Of a DNA stretch of 64,000 bases, positions 46,184-55,360 are shown in pieces. The first letter of the stretch is position 1; each line of letters opens with the position of its first letter. The position numbers were made by a program, and so were the translations under genes. The notes under the pieces were generated by a model. The model saw only the letters and a program-made list of their open reading frames with translations, ran no database searches and was not told the origin of the DNA. Origin of the DNA: a virus. The stretch lies in IMG/VR virus record IMGVR_UViG_3300020548_000306. One strand, written 5' to 3'.

Positions 46184-47978
46184 CTTCTGTTGGTGTGGTA
46201 TTATATTTATCTGTTATTCTATTACCTAAATAGTCTGAAGGAAATTTTGTCCATAATAATTTCCATATACCAAAAGGGTCTTGTCTTTTTACTTTAAACA
46301 TATAATTGTTATACAAGTAATGAGAACCGTTTAAAAATGGATAATCAATTGCTATTTCGTCACTATCGTTTTGGCCAATATCTAACATGTCTCTCCATAT
46401 AATTCTACCATCACCTAAATTTATTGCGTAACTTGGTATATCAACTGTAAATTCATCACCTTGTTCAACATAATTAGAAAAACGTCTAATCACAGTTTGA
46501 TAGTGGGCTCTATAGTAATAACCTTCATGTCTTGGCCCTAAATCAATTGTAGTTGTTGCTTGTCCAGATGTTTTTGTTGTTTTTTCATTTATATAACTTA
46601 AAGTAGAAGGGGTTTCTCTATTTAACGTGTTGAATCGATAAAATACTTCTTCTAAACGTGTTTCATTCAATGTTTTTTTATTGTATTCAACTAAATCACC
46701 ATAATACTCATTGTTACCTTGTGAAGAATTGTTGTTATCTATTTGTACAGTCGATTCTAAGGGCTTAAATGAAGTAAATGGTATGGTAACACCATTATGA
46801 ATTTTTTGTATCACTGGAACGTTTAAAATGTGTTGTTGAATATTATTTGAATCGTAAATAGAAAAGTAAGGTAATTCCAATCCAGATGAAACTCTAGAAA
46901 ATAAATTGTTGCTGCTAGTTTTAACTATTGTTAAAAATAACTCGCTTAATGGTCTACCTAGATTATCTTTTAATTCTGCAACATCAATATCTTCATTAAA
47001 AATAAATTGTTGTAATCTGTCATTAAATAAGTTTTGAGAAAAACTAGCATTATATATATCGTAATCATCTGTTTCAATAGTGATTGTTGATTTAGTTTTT
47101 ATCTTTTTAAATTTCCTAAAATAATAAACACATTCTTCATCATCCATAATTTTTTTAAACCTAGAGTTAGGTGTTAATGTTCCAGTTGACGCAACTTCTA
47201 ACACAAAACAATAATCTTTTAAATTATTTGTTGTGTCACCTAATGAATATACTGTATAATCACCATTAAATCCATTTGTGTTAACGATTCTTACTGTATC
47301 ACCAATATTTAAATTATGTCTACATGGTACTTTAAATATCGTCATTTGTTTATCTGATATTGTTACCGATTCTGTGTCAATTATTAATAAGCCTCCATTT
47401 ACTAAAGAATGTTTATCATCAATAGAACTAGGGTAGGTAATTGTTAATTCCCAGTTTTTAACACTTTTTAAATTATTAGTATTATGGAATGGTTCGTAAT
47501 CTGGTAAAAAACTAAATCTACTTCTGATTGGTTCCATATCGTAATATTTACAATTTTCAGTTACATCTGAACTATAATAACCGAACCAACCATCTCTTTC
47601 AGTTAAAAAATTATCAATAGCTGTAGGGAATGTATTGTCAGTATCATCAGCATTATTATTATCTTTTGGATATGATAAATCTAAAAAATCTGGCATAGAG
47701 TTAAACCCAGCTAATGTAAATTTGTCTGATTTTAATGAATCAGACAAATTAAATAATACATTACTTACTAATGGGTTTATTGTACCAAGAATTCTATATG
47801 TTTTGCTACCTTGTCTTTCTTTATCAAAACGCTCATCAACATTAACTATTTTATAAATTTCATTATTTGGCATTAACCTACTAGTGTTTTGTAAGTTAAC
47901 CTTTATAAAATTATCAACATTCATTGATTCTTTTGATGTTTGACTATTTAGTCTTTGTCTTATTCTATCATCACTCAT
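46173..47978 (-). CDS. Probable baseplate structural protein
   Basis: Start reassigned to MSDDRIRQ (ATG 47978), 2 nt after the upstream stop; HxLxxGDxVxI beta-barrel motif (HNLNIGDTVRI). Confidence 0.7.
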   Translation of the reverse strand: MSDDRIRQRLNSQTSKESMNVDNFIKVNLQNTSRLMPNNEIYKIVNVDERFDKERQGSKTYRILGTINPLVSNVLFNLSDSLKSDKFTLAGFNSMPDFLDLSYPKDNNNADDTDNTFPTAIDNFLTERDGWFGYYSSDVTENCKYYDMEPIRSRFSFLPDYEPFHNTNNLKSVKNWELTITYPSSIDDKHSLVNGGLLIIDTESVTISDKQMTIFKVPCRHNLNIGDTVRIVNTNGFNGDYTVYSLGDTTNNLKDYCFVLEVASTGTLTPNSRFKKIMDDEECVYYFRKFKKIKTKSTITIETDDYDIYNASFSQNLFNDRLQQFIFNEDIDVAELKDNLGRPLSELFLTIVKTSSNNLFSRVSSGLELPYFSIYDSNNIQQHILNVPVIQKIHNGVTIPFTSFKPLESTVQIDNNNSSQGNNEYYGDLVEYNKKTLNETRLEEVFYRFNTLNRETPSTLSYINEKTTKTSGQATTTIDLGPRHEGYYYRAHYQTVIRRFSNYVEQGDEFTVDIPSYAINLGDGRIIWRDMLDIGQNDSDEIAIDYPFLNGSHYLYNNYMFKVKRQDPFGIWKLLWTKFPSDYLGNRITDKYNTTPTEDVC

Positions 47979-47980
47979 AA

Positions 47981-50900
47981 TTAACCTTTTATTACAATTG
48001 AACAACCAACACTATCCGATACTGAAATACTTACTGATGAAGGTGAAGGACATGATTGACCACTACCAGCTTGGTAAGGAGTGTTTAATGAATATGGTGC
48101 TGCTGGTGTTATCGTACCAATACCACCGTTAGCTGATATTTTATATTCACAATACTTAATGTTATTAGTCACTGTGCTAGTTCTATTAATAGAACCATTT
48201 AACTCAACAGCTGGTACTATTATATTAAGTTCCTTAGCTGTCTCACAACCAACTTTATCAATTAATGTTAAATTTACTTTAACGTTAGTACCAGTAAATG
48301 TCGTACCTAAACTTTCAACAAAACTATATGTTAAATCACCATTAAATAATGAGAGTTGAGTTATATTACTTATTGTTACGGTTTTTTCAGCACCATTATT
48401 TATTTTATATTTTAATGTGTATGGGAATCTTTTAGTATATGCACCTAAAAGACCACCACTGTCAACATGTGAAATACCAAATTTAACAGTAACTGTTTGT
48501 CTGCTACATTGTTGTAAATTACTTCTGTCTTTTATTTCTAACGCAACATTAGGTAGTTCAATTTCACTTTTATTTATGTTTACCCATGTGCTAATTTCTT
48601 GAATACATCTTAATTTAGGGTCGCCATTAAATTGGTCATTAGCTAAATAAACTGTCATTTTAGTGTTATTAGCTAATGCAGAACTTGGTAAGTCAAAATA
48701 CGTTTGTTGATTGGTAACATAAGGTTTAATTATTACATTATCATTACCAGCAATTGAATAAACTATGTAAACGTTATTATTTATCACACCACTAGCTATA
48801 TCTATTGGTATTATATATTTATTTGGGTCACATTGTTTTGCTAATAATGCTGCTGATGGTTTTGTTGCTTTTAATTCTGGCGTTAAATGTTTAATTATTG
48901 CTGAAGTATTTGATGAAGAATTAAAAGCATCTGTTACTGTTATATTGTATTGACCAGCAAATAGTTCAACAAATGTTGTATTAGAACCATCTGTACTTAT
49001 TATTGAATTTGAGTAACCTTTTGGTCCAGTAACGTTTACTGTATAAGGTAATTTTCCACCACTAACAGTAACAGCGATACCTTCACTAGTTGATGATTTA
49101 CCACCAAAACATTGTATGTCAACATGTTTTTCAGTTATCACCAATGGAGTCGGACCAGTAACTTTTAAATCTTTAATTTCAACAATAGCGTTGCAAGAAT
49201 CTTTAATCACTAATCTATAACCACTACCTTTATTATCTGATAATAAATTTTTAATTTCAAAAGGTATTTGAGTTACAGCAACAGAACCAGTAGTGATTGA
49301 TTTATTATCACTATTGAATAGTTCGTAAGTATATCCACCACAACCACCATTAACACCAGTTATTAATATAATACCGTCACCAACTGTTGCATTTGTTGCA
49401 TTTTTACTAACACTTGCTGATGCTGATAATTTAGGTGGTCCAGCAATTGTTGCTGTTTGTTTAGTTGAATTACCATTTTTATCTACAACAATTATTGTAT
49501 AAGTACCAACACTTAAATTTGGAATTGAAAGATTAGTATTACTAGAGTTAATTGTTCCTTTTTTAAGATAACCGTTTGGTCCACTTATAGAATAAGCATA
49601 TGGTGCAGTTCCAAATTGTACGCTAAATATTATTGAACCAGTTGGGTTAGTAATTGACGCACCAACAGAAGCAGCTTTAATTGATAGAGCGTCTGTTGTT
49701 ATTATAGGACAAATACCAAAGTACCTTTGATTTAATTTTTCAATAGCCGAAGCACCAGGTTTTGTACCAAAATAGAAAAAATATGAATGTTGTGGTTGTG
49801 AAAACATATTTTTACCACCATAACCTCTAAAATTAGCATATTCTAGTCCATTTTGAGTTTTACTGTTGTAATCATACGTTGGTAAATTTTGTGTGTTAAA
49901 ATTAGTATTGTATGGTGTTGTTGGAAATTTATATCTTGGTGCAGATGGACTAAGATATGTTAAATCTTTATTTAATGAATAAAAAATATCTCTAAAAAAC
50001 ACGCCAGTGTCATCATCAATATCTCTATAATCTAAATAACCATTTGGTCTAATTGTAACACCATTGACTGTTATAGCGTCATCTGTAGTTGCACCGAATT
50101 CACAAATATGTCTTACATTTAAACATTGTTTATAATCCATTGCTATACCTAAACAATTTATTGAAAAGAAAAGTCCTGGGGTTTTAGAGTTTAGTTCAAC
50201 CATACCAGTTGTTAATACACTGCTTTTATCGTTAGGGTCTTCATATTCAACAGTTGTAGATGGTAATTTATATGATGTTGTTTGTAATAATTTATATAAA
50301 CTAGGCATACCTTGCCAGTCACATGATTCTGTTGAACCTAGTAGAACAATATCAGTTGCAAATAACTTATATTTAGCGTCATGCATTGATGATGCATAAT
50401 ATAGAACATCTTCAACTTTAGTTTCTTTAAAGAAAACTTCAACATTTTTTAATACACCGTCTTTTATACCACCACTATCAAAAGTTTTATCTTCTGAACC
50501 ATTCATTGTAAAAATATCAGTTGGGTCACCATCATAACAAGAATCTAATAAATAGTTGGTAAAACATCTATTATCTGGACCGTTTTCTCTATCGGTATCT
50601 ACACCACTATAACCTTCTGAACCTTGGAAATCTTCACAATCATATTCACAAAATTTTGTTCTTCCATTTCTTTTTTTCTTATATTGAATTAAAAATGCAT
50701 ATAATGCACCATTAATCCAATCGTTATAAAAATCAAATCTAAAAACATTTAATGCTTCAGCTAAAGAAGCTTGTAAACAATCATCAGCACCAGCTAAAGC
50801 ATCAAATTCATCATTAACTCCATCACCTGGGTAAAAAACTGTTTTACTTCCATCATATTTTTGTTTAAGTTTTGATAAACTTGTACCAAAATCTAATGAT

Positions 50901-52579
50901 TTTTTATAACAACCTGGAGCATAAACATTACCATCAGTACTTGGACATAGTATTGATAAACAAGGTGCATAAGGTAAAATTTCAAAACAGTCACAACATG
51001 TTCCTTTAGCAATACAAAAGTCACATTTATTAACATCTAAAAGCCAACTTGGAAACGCCCCTAATAGGGCTCCAATACCATATATTATACTACAAATAAT
51101 ACCTAAAATACCATTAAGTAATAAAACAATAAAGTTTATAATAGGTATTAACACCGCATTTATTGCCACTAATATAAATAACATTATCGTTAATAATGTA
51201 CATAGAAACGCATATAATGGGTCGCCAGATGAATCTACTCTATTGTAAGGGAAAGGGTTTTTATCTCCAGTACATGCGTTTACATCTTTAACACCAACAA
51301 AGTTTCTAACATTAAGACTACTTGCTTGAAATCTAGAAATAAACGAACTTACAGTATATATTTTATTCCAATATAATGACCTAAAACTAGTTGCTTTTGT
51401 GTTTGAACCAAATTCATAGTCAATTTCACTCTGATTACTAGGGTTATTAGGTACTAAAAAGTTAGCTCTAGTTCTTTTATCTAAATCACCAGCTGAGCTC
51501 ATACCTATCCTAAACCTAACGTTAGCTCTAGTTGCTATACCTATACTAGGGTTATCAGAAGGTACCAACTGACCAAATTCATCAGTTACCACGTAGTCTA
51601 AATTCATAGGTAATTGATAAGCCCATGTACCGTCTTCATCGATTAATTCACCCCCATCAACATCAAATCTTTCAATATTACCGTCTGGTGTTTCTCGAAT
51701 CATTTCAATTCTTCCAGATGTTGTTATTTGTTCACATAATGAACCCATAATTCTTCTAGGTCTACAACGATTACTAACACCGTCAGTATCAGAGTCACCA
51801 AAAATAGAACCAATAAAGATTGCATTTGATTTGATGTTTAAGTTCATATCTAAATCAACTCTAGTAATACCAATTTCACATGTTTCAGTATCACCCCAAA
51901 ATGGTTGTACGTTAACACTTGTGTTTAATGATTTAACTTGAACTAAACTATCTAAGTTTTTACTATATTTGAATTTTTGTGCTGAATCAAAGAATTTTTC
52001 TGGTGTTCCAGCAGCAATTAAATCATAAGGTTTTTGAGAAGCCATACCAATGTCTGAAATGTCTACATCGGAATGTATTGTGTGTGTACCAACTGGTACG
52101 CCAAATAACATAAAATCCCCAGAGGCATTTGTAGTTGCAGTAAATTTATAATATTTTGTAAAAATATATTCTAATTCTGGATTATCTAAAATTTCTCGTT
52201 TACTAGGCATCGTACCTATTGGAGTAAAACAAGCGTCATTCTTCTCATTATTTTTAGGAAATAGATTGTATCTAATACCATCTAAATCTCTATCTGTCAC
52301 TATTTCATAAGGGTATAATGATTTAATTAGTGGGTTCTCTTTGTCTTCATCATCAATAGGTACAAAAATACTTACTTTAGCATTTGGAACACCAAAACCA
52401 TTATTAACTATAACTCGACCAATTACAACACCGTAATCAGAACAAAAATTTCTATAAGCTTCTTCTTGTGAAATTTTTAAACTAAGTGTTTCTAAGTAAT
52501 CAAACTCTTGGTCTATTTTTACTTTTAAATAGTTATCACCACCGTTAGGTGTTGTTCTTATTCTAATAGTTTTTGACAT
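47981..52579 (-). CDS. Large (1532 aa) baseplate hub/adhesin-like protein with SprB-like Ig repeats and an internal hydrophobic hairpin
   Basis: GRV..NNGFGVPNAKVSIF (transthyretin-like), long hydrophobic segment, Cys-rich region, repeats GTAPYAYSISGPNG...GTYTIIVVDKNG and GGKLPYTV...GQYNITVTDA. Confidence 0.7.
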   Translation of the reverse strand: MSKTIRIRTTPNGGDNYLKVKIDQEFDYLETLSLKISQEEAYRNFCSDYGVVIGRVIVNNGFGVPNAKVSIFVPIDDEDKENPLIKSLYPYEIVTDRDLDGIRYNLFPKNNEKNDACFTPIGTMPSKREILDNPELEYIFTKYYKFTATTNASGDFMLFGVPVGTHTIHSDVDISDIGMASQKPYDLIAAGTPEKFFDSAQKFKYSKNLDSLVQVKSLNTSVNVQPFWGDTETCEIGITRVDLDMNLNIKSNAIFIGSIFGDSDTDGVSNRCRPRRIMGSLCEQITTSGRIEMIRETPDGNIERFDVDGGELIDEDGTWAYQLPMNLDYVVTDEFGQLVPSDNPSIGIATRANVRFRIGMSSAGDLDKRTRANFLVPNNPSNQSEIDYEFGSNTKATSFRSLYWNKIYTVSSFISRFQASSLNVRNFVGVKDVNACTGDKNPFPYNRVDSSGDPLYAFLCTLLTIMLFILVAINAVLIPIINFIVLLLNGILGIICSIIYGIGALLGAFPSWLLDVNKCDFCIAKGTCCDCFEILPYAPCLSILCPSTDGNVYAPGCYKKSLDFGTSLSKLKQKYDGSKTVFYPGDGVNDEFDALAGADDCLQASLAEALNVFRFDFYNDWINGALYAFLIQYKKKRNGRTKFCEYDCEDFQGSEGYSGVDTDRENGPDNRCFTNYLLDSCYDGDPTDIFTMNGSEDKTFDSGGIKDGVLKNVEVFFKETKVEDVLYYASSMHDAKYKLFATDIVLLGSTESCDWQGMPSLYKLLQTTSYKLPSTTVEYEDPNDKSSVLTTGMVELNSKTPGLFFSINCLGIAMDYKQCLNVRHICEFGATTDDAITVNGVTIRPNGYLDYRDIDDDTGVFFRDIFYSLNKDLTYLSPSAPRYKFPTTPYNTNFNTQNLPTYDYNSKTQNGLEYANFRGYGGKNMFSQPQHSYFFYFGTKPGASAIEKLNQRYFGICPIITTDALSIKAASVGASITNPTGSIIFSVQFGTAPYAYSISGPNGYLKKGTINSSNTNLSIPNLSVGTYTIIVVDKNGNSTKQTATIAGPPKLSASASVSKNATNATVGDGIILITGVNGGCGGYTYELFNSDNKSITTGSVAVTQIPFEIKNLLSDNKGSGYRLVIKDSCNAIVEIKDLKVTGPTPLVITEKHVDIQCFGGKSSTSEGIAVTVSGGKLPYTVNVTGPKGYSNSIISTDGSNTTFVELFAGQYNITVTDAFNSSSNTSAIIKHLTPELKATKPSAALLAKQCDPNKYIIPIDIASGVINNNVYIVYSIAGNDNVIIKPYVTNQQTYFDLPSSALANNTKMTVYLANDQFNGDPKLRCIQEISTWVNINKSEIELPNVALEIKDRSNLQQCSRQTVTVKFGISHVDSGGLLGAYTKRFPYTLKYKINNGAEKTVTISNITQLSLFNGDLTYSFVESLGTTFTGTNVKVNLTLIDKVGCETAKELNIIVPAVELNGSINRTSTVTNNIKYCEYKISANGGIGTITPAAPYSLNTPYQAGSGQSCPSPSSVSISVSDSVGCSIVIKG

Positions 52580-52587
52580 ATATAACT

Positions 52588-52971
52588 TTATTCAATCGTA
52601 GATTTTATTTTGTTAACTGGGTATAAGTATTTGTTTTCAGCTTCTTCAAAATCTTTATATTCTTTTTCTTCTTTTTCCTTCTCTTCTAGTTCTCTCATTT
52701 TTTTCCATCTAGTTAATGTTTTTGTTAGACTTAGTACATTAACTTTTTTGTTTAAAACTAATGTTTTAAATAAAAACCAAATAGCTACTATATTAATTAT
52801 CGGAATCAATAATAATGAAAGTATAAAACCAAAGGTTCTAACACCATAATAAATTACCTTATACGGTAAACTTAAATTTTTTATTTCTTCATCGTGATTA
52901 ATATCATTACCATTTAATTCATCTTGCTTATTAAGCATGTTGTTTTTGTCATTTTTACAATTACATCCCAT
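52588..52971 (-). CDS. Small membrane protein with N-terminal MGCNCK
   Basis: Single TM FGFILSLLLIPIINIVAIWFLF. Confidence 0.7.
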   Translation of the reverse strand: MGCNCKNDKNNMLNKQDELNGNDINHDEEIKNLSLPYKVIYYGVRTFGFILSLLLIPIINIVAIWFLFKTLVLNKKVNVLSLTKTLTRWKKMRELEEKEKEEKEYKDFEEAENKYLYPVNKIKSTIE

Positions 52972-53038
52972 TTTTTCTATTTTTTAAAACTTATTATTTG
53001 AAATTAAAAATATCATTTATTTTAATATAAGTAAACAA

Positions 53039-54850
53039 TTATTTAACCCTTACTCTAATATCTGTTGGGAATTTAATTTCAAACATTGATGTAGGTTCAC
53101 CAAACAAAGTGTAATCTGCACTTACGTCAATTAATCTTGTTTCATCATCTAAATAAGGCTGCGAAATTTCATTTAAACTATATTTATTTTCACCAACTTT
53201 ATTATAAATTGAAACGTTTGTTACGTTTAGTACACCACCAATATTATTTATAACTTCAATCAATGGAGATAAATAAATATTATCACCCATATCAAATTTA
53301 TTAATATCCATATACTCCTTAGTCTTATTAATAATTTCAGATATAATTTGTGATTGTGGTACTTTGGCATCAATCATGACATCGTAATCAATTGCTAAAT
53401 TAATAATCCTACCGTCTTTTATATGAACATAATCATTTAACATTCTGTAGTCAGCTAAATAATTAGATATATTTTCTTTTAATGTAGTGTTTGATTCGTT
53501 AGACAACCTACCATTTCTATCTAATGTTAAAATATAAACAGCAATTTTATTTCTATCTTCAAAAATACCATTTCTAAATGGAGTACCAAAATTACCTGGC
53601 ATTTGTGCAATCCTAGTTTGATAGTCTTTAATTGTTACAGCTCTATTTTGTGAGGCAAAGTTATATTTAACCATGTATCTTATTTCTTCGACTGTAGGTG
53701 CGTCTTTACCACCGACAGCTGGTAAAATATTATTTACTTTTAATGTCTTTTTAACACTTTGATTAATTGTAGCAGAAGGTCCATTAATTACCATATCTAA
53801 AAGTCCTAAATTAGTAATTGTATTTGGACCTACATTAGTATCACTACCACCACCAACACGATATTTTATGAATAATGTTGTATTTGCTGTGTGTATTTCA
53901 CCTAATGCCATGTTGTTTATAAAGTTTCCTATTTGATTAACTAAACTAGGGTCAACGTTAAAATCACATAAACTACTTATATTTTGTGAACCAGCACCAA
54001 AAGTTATTTTTGTAAAACCTAAATCAGTATATTCTTTAATAAATTTTTTAGATGTAGACATCCATTTACCTGGCGTAACTGTAGTATTTTGAGTCACTCT
54101 ATTGTTATCAGTGATAAAAACTTTATCTTCAGATAATGATGACATTTCATACCATCTAATATTACTATTGTTGAATTGTGAATTTGTTGGTTGACCTTGT
54201 AAATTTGTACCTGGTAATGTAATACATGATAATACTTCAGTAACGTTATTATCTGGTAATATAATTTCTAAAAAAGGAATAACATCTTGTGTTGTTAAGA
54301 CTCTTTTAAATATTTTTGTCGCCCCATTAACAACCATTTCTCTTTTTGTTAACGTATAGTTTAATACTGTACCGTTAGCATTGATATTAGGTATTACTAT
54401 TCTATTAGGGATACCATTTTTATTAAATGGGCTTGAAAAGTCTGTATCATAAAGCAATTCAAATACTTTACCAGCACCATTAAATTGTGACCCAGCTCTA
54501 AGCAATGGAGCATATGATACATCAAAAGTATCACCAAATACTGGTATTGTAATACTTACATCTACAATTGTTGAACTAGCACGCTTATTTGGAATGTTTA
54601 ATCCAAATGTTCTAGCTAATGATAACAACGAATGTCTTTCTTGTGCATAATCTATTTGTGTTTCAGCAAACATTCTGTCTGTATTATGGGATAACATATC
54701 CCCAACAGCAGCGTTTAAATCTATTAACATCTGACCTACAGATGCATCATTATAGTCAGCATAGATATCTGGATAATATTGTTTTACATAATTAATTAGG
54801 TCTGTTCTAATATCGACAAAGTTCCTAGAGTCGTAATTTACATTTGGCAT
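53039..54850 (-). CDS. Baseplate wedge protein (T4 gp6 / baseplate J-like)
   Basis: YDSRNFVDIRTDL..Y.KQYYP..Y.DYN.ASVG.ML.DL.A.VGD; YRVGGG; GGKDAPTVEEIR; QNRAVTIKDY. Confidence 0.9.
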   Translation of the reverse strand: MPNVNYDSRNFVDIRTDLINYVKQYYPDIYADYNDASVGQMLIDLNAAVGDMLSHNTDRMFAETQIDYAQERHSLLSLARTFGLNIPNKRASSTIVDVSITIPVFGDTFDVSYAPLLRAGSQFNGAGKVFELLYDTDFSSPFNKNGIPNRIVIPNINANGTVLNYTLTKREMVVNGATKIFKRVLTTQDVIPFLEIILPDNNVTEVLSCITLPGTNLQGQPTNSQFNNSNIRWYEMSSLSEDKVFITDNNRVTQNTTVTPGKWMSTSKKFIKEYTDLGFTKITFGAGSQNISSLCDFNVDPSLVNQIGNFINNMALGEIHTANTTLFIKYRVGGGSDTNVGPNTITNLGLLDMVINGPSATINQSVKKTLKVNNILPAVGGKDAPTVEEIRYMVKYNFASQNRAVTIKDYQTRIAQMPGNFGTPFRNGIFEDRNKIAVYILTLDRNGRLSNESNTTLKENISNYLADYRMLNDYVHIKDGRIINLAIDYDVMIDAKVPQSQIISEIINKTKEYMDINKFDMGDNIYLSPLIEVINNIGGVLNVTNVSIYNKVGENKYSLNEISQPYLDDETRLIDVSADYTLFGEPTSMFEIKFPTDIRVRVK

Positions 54851-54854
54851 AAAA

Positions 54855-55235
54855 TTATAATTTAATTACTATTATATCGGTTGTTTCAAAAACACCTTCA
54901 GTTATTACATATTGCATTGTTACAACAGCAGCATATTCACTTTCATCAGATTGTTCAATTTTTAATTCAGTGAAAGTTAATTTTGGCATGAATTTTTTTG
55001 TAACTGTTCTTATTTCTTCCAGAATACCAGCGTAAGTTAATTCATCATTTGGTTCATATATAAATTTTAATAAATTTGTCCCAAAATCTGGCATGTATAG
55101 TCTTTGCCCTCTTTGAGTTAATAGTAAATGTAGCAAATCAGCTTTTAAAGCTTGATTTGGGTCTTCATTCAAATCTAACAAAAAACCTTTTTTACTGTCT
55201 TTGAATGGATAATTTATGTTGATATACTTAGCCAT
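54855..55235 (-). CDS. Baseplate wedge gp25/gpW-like protein
   Basis: LL.LLLTQRGQRLYMPDFGTNL..FIYEP. Confidence 0.9.
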   Translation of the reverse strand: MAKYININYPFKDSKKGFLLDLNEDPNQALKADLLHLLLTQRGQRLYMPDFGTNLLKFIYEPNDELTYAGILEEIRTVTKKFMPKLTFTELKIEQSDESEYAAVVTMQYVITEGVFETTDIIVIKL

Positions 55236-55265
55236 CTTTATATATTTTTAATGCATTATTTATAG

Positions 55266-55273
55266 ATAAATAT
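55266..55273 (-). promoter_or_regulatory. ATATTTAT phage promoter-like motif heading the baseplate cluster
   Basis: 30 nt upstream of the gp25-like ATG, downstream of the nrdA terminator. Confidence 0.6.
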
Positions 55274-55309
55274 AATAACTAAAAATTTTTATAAGTAAAT
55301 ATGGTAAAT

Positions 55310-55336
55310 AAAAAAAAGGGACCGTAATAGCCCCTT
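55310..55336 (-). terminator. Intrinsic terminator of nrdA
   Basis: AAGGGGC-TATTACG-GTCCCTT plus U-tract. Confidence 0.75.
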
Positions 55337-55360
55337 ATTTTTTTTAATGTTTATTTTATT

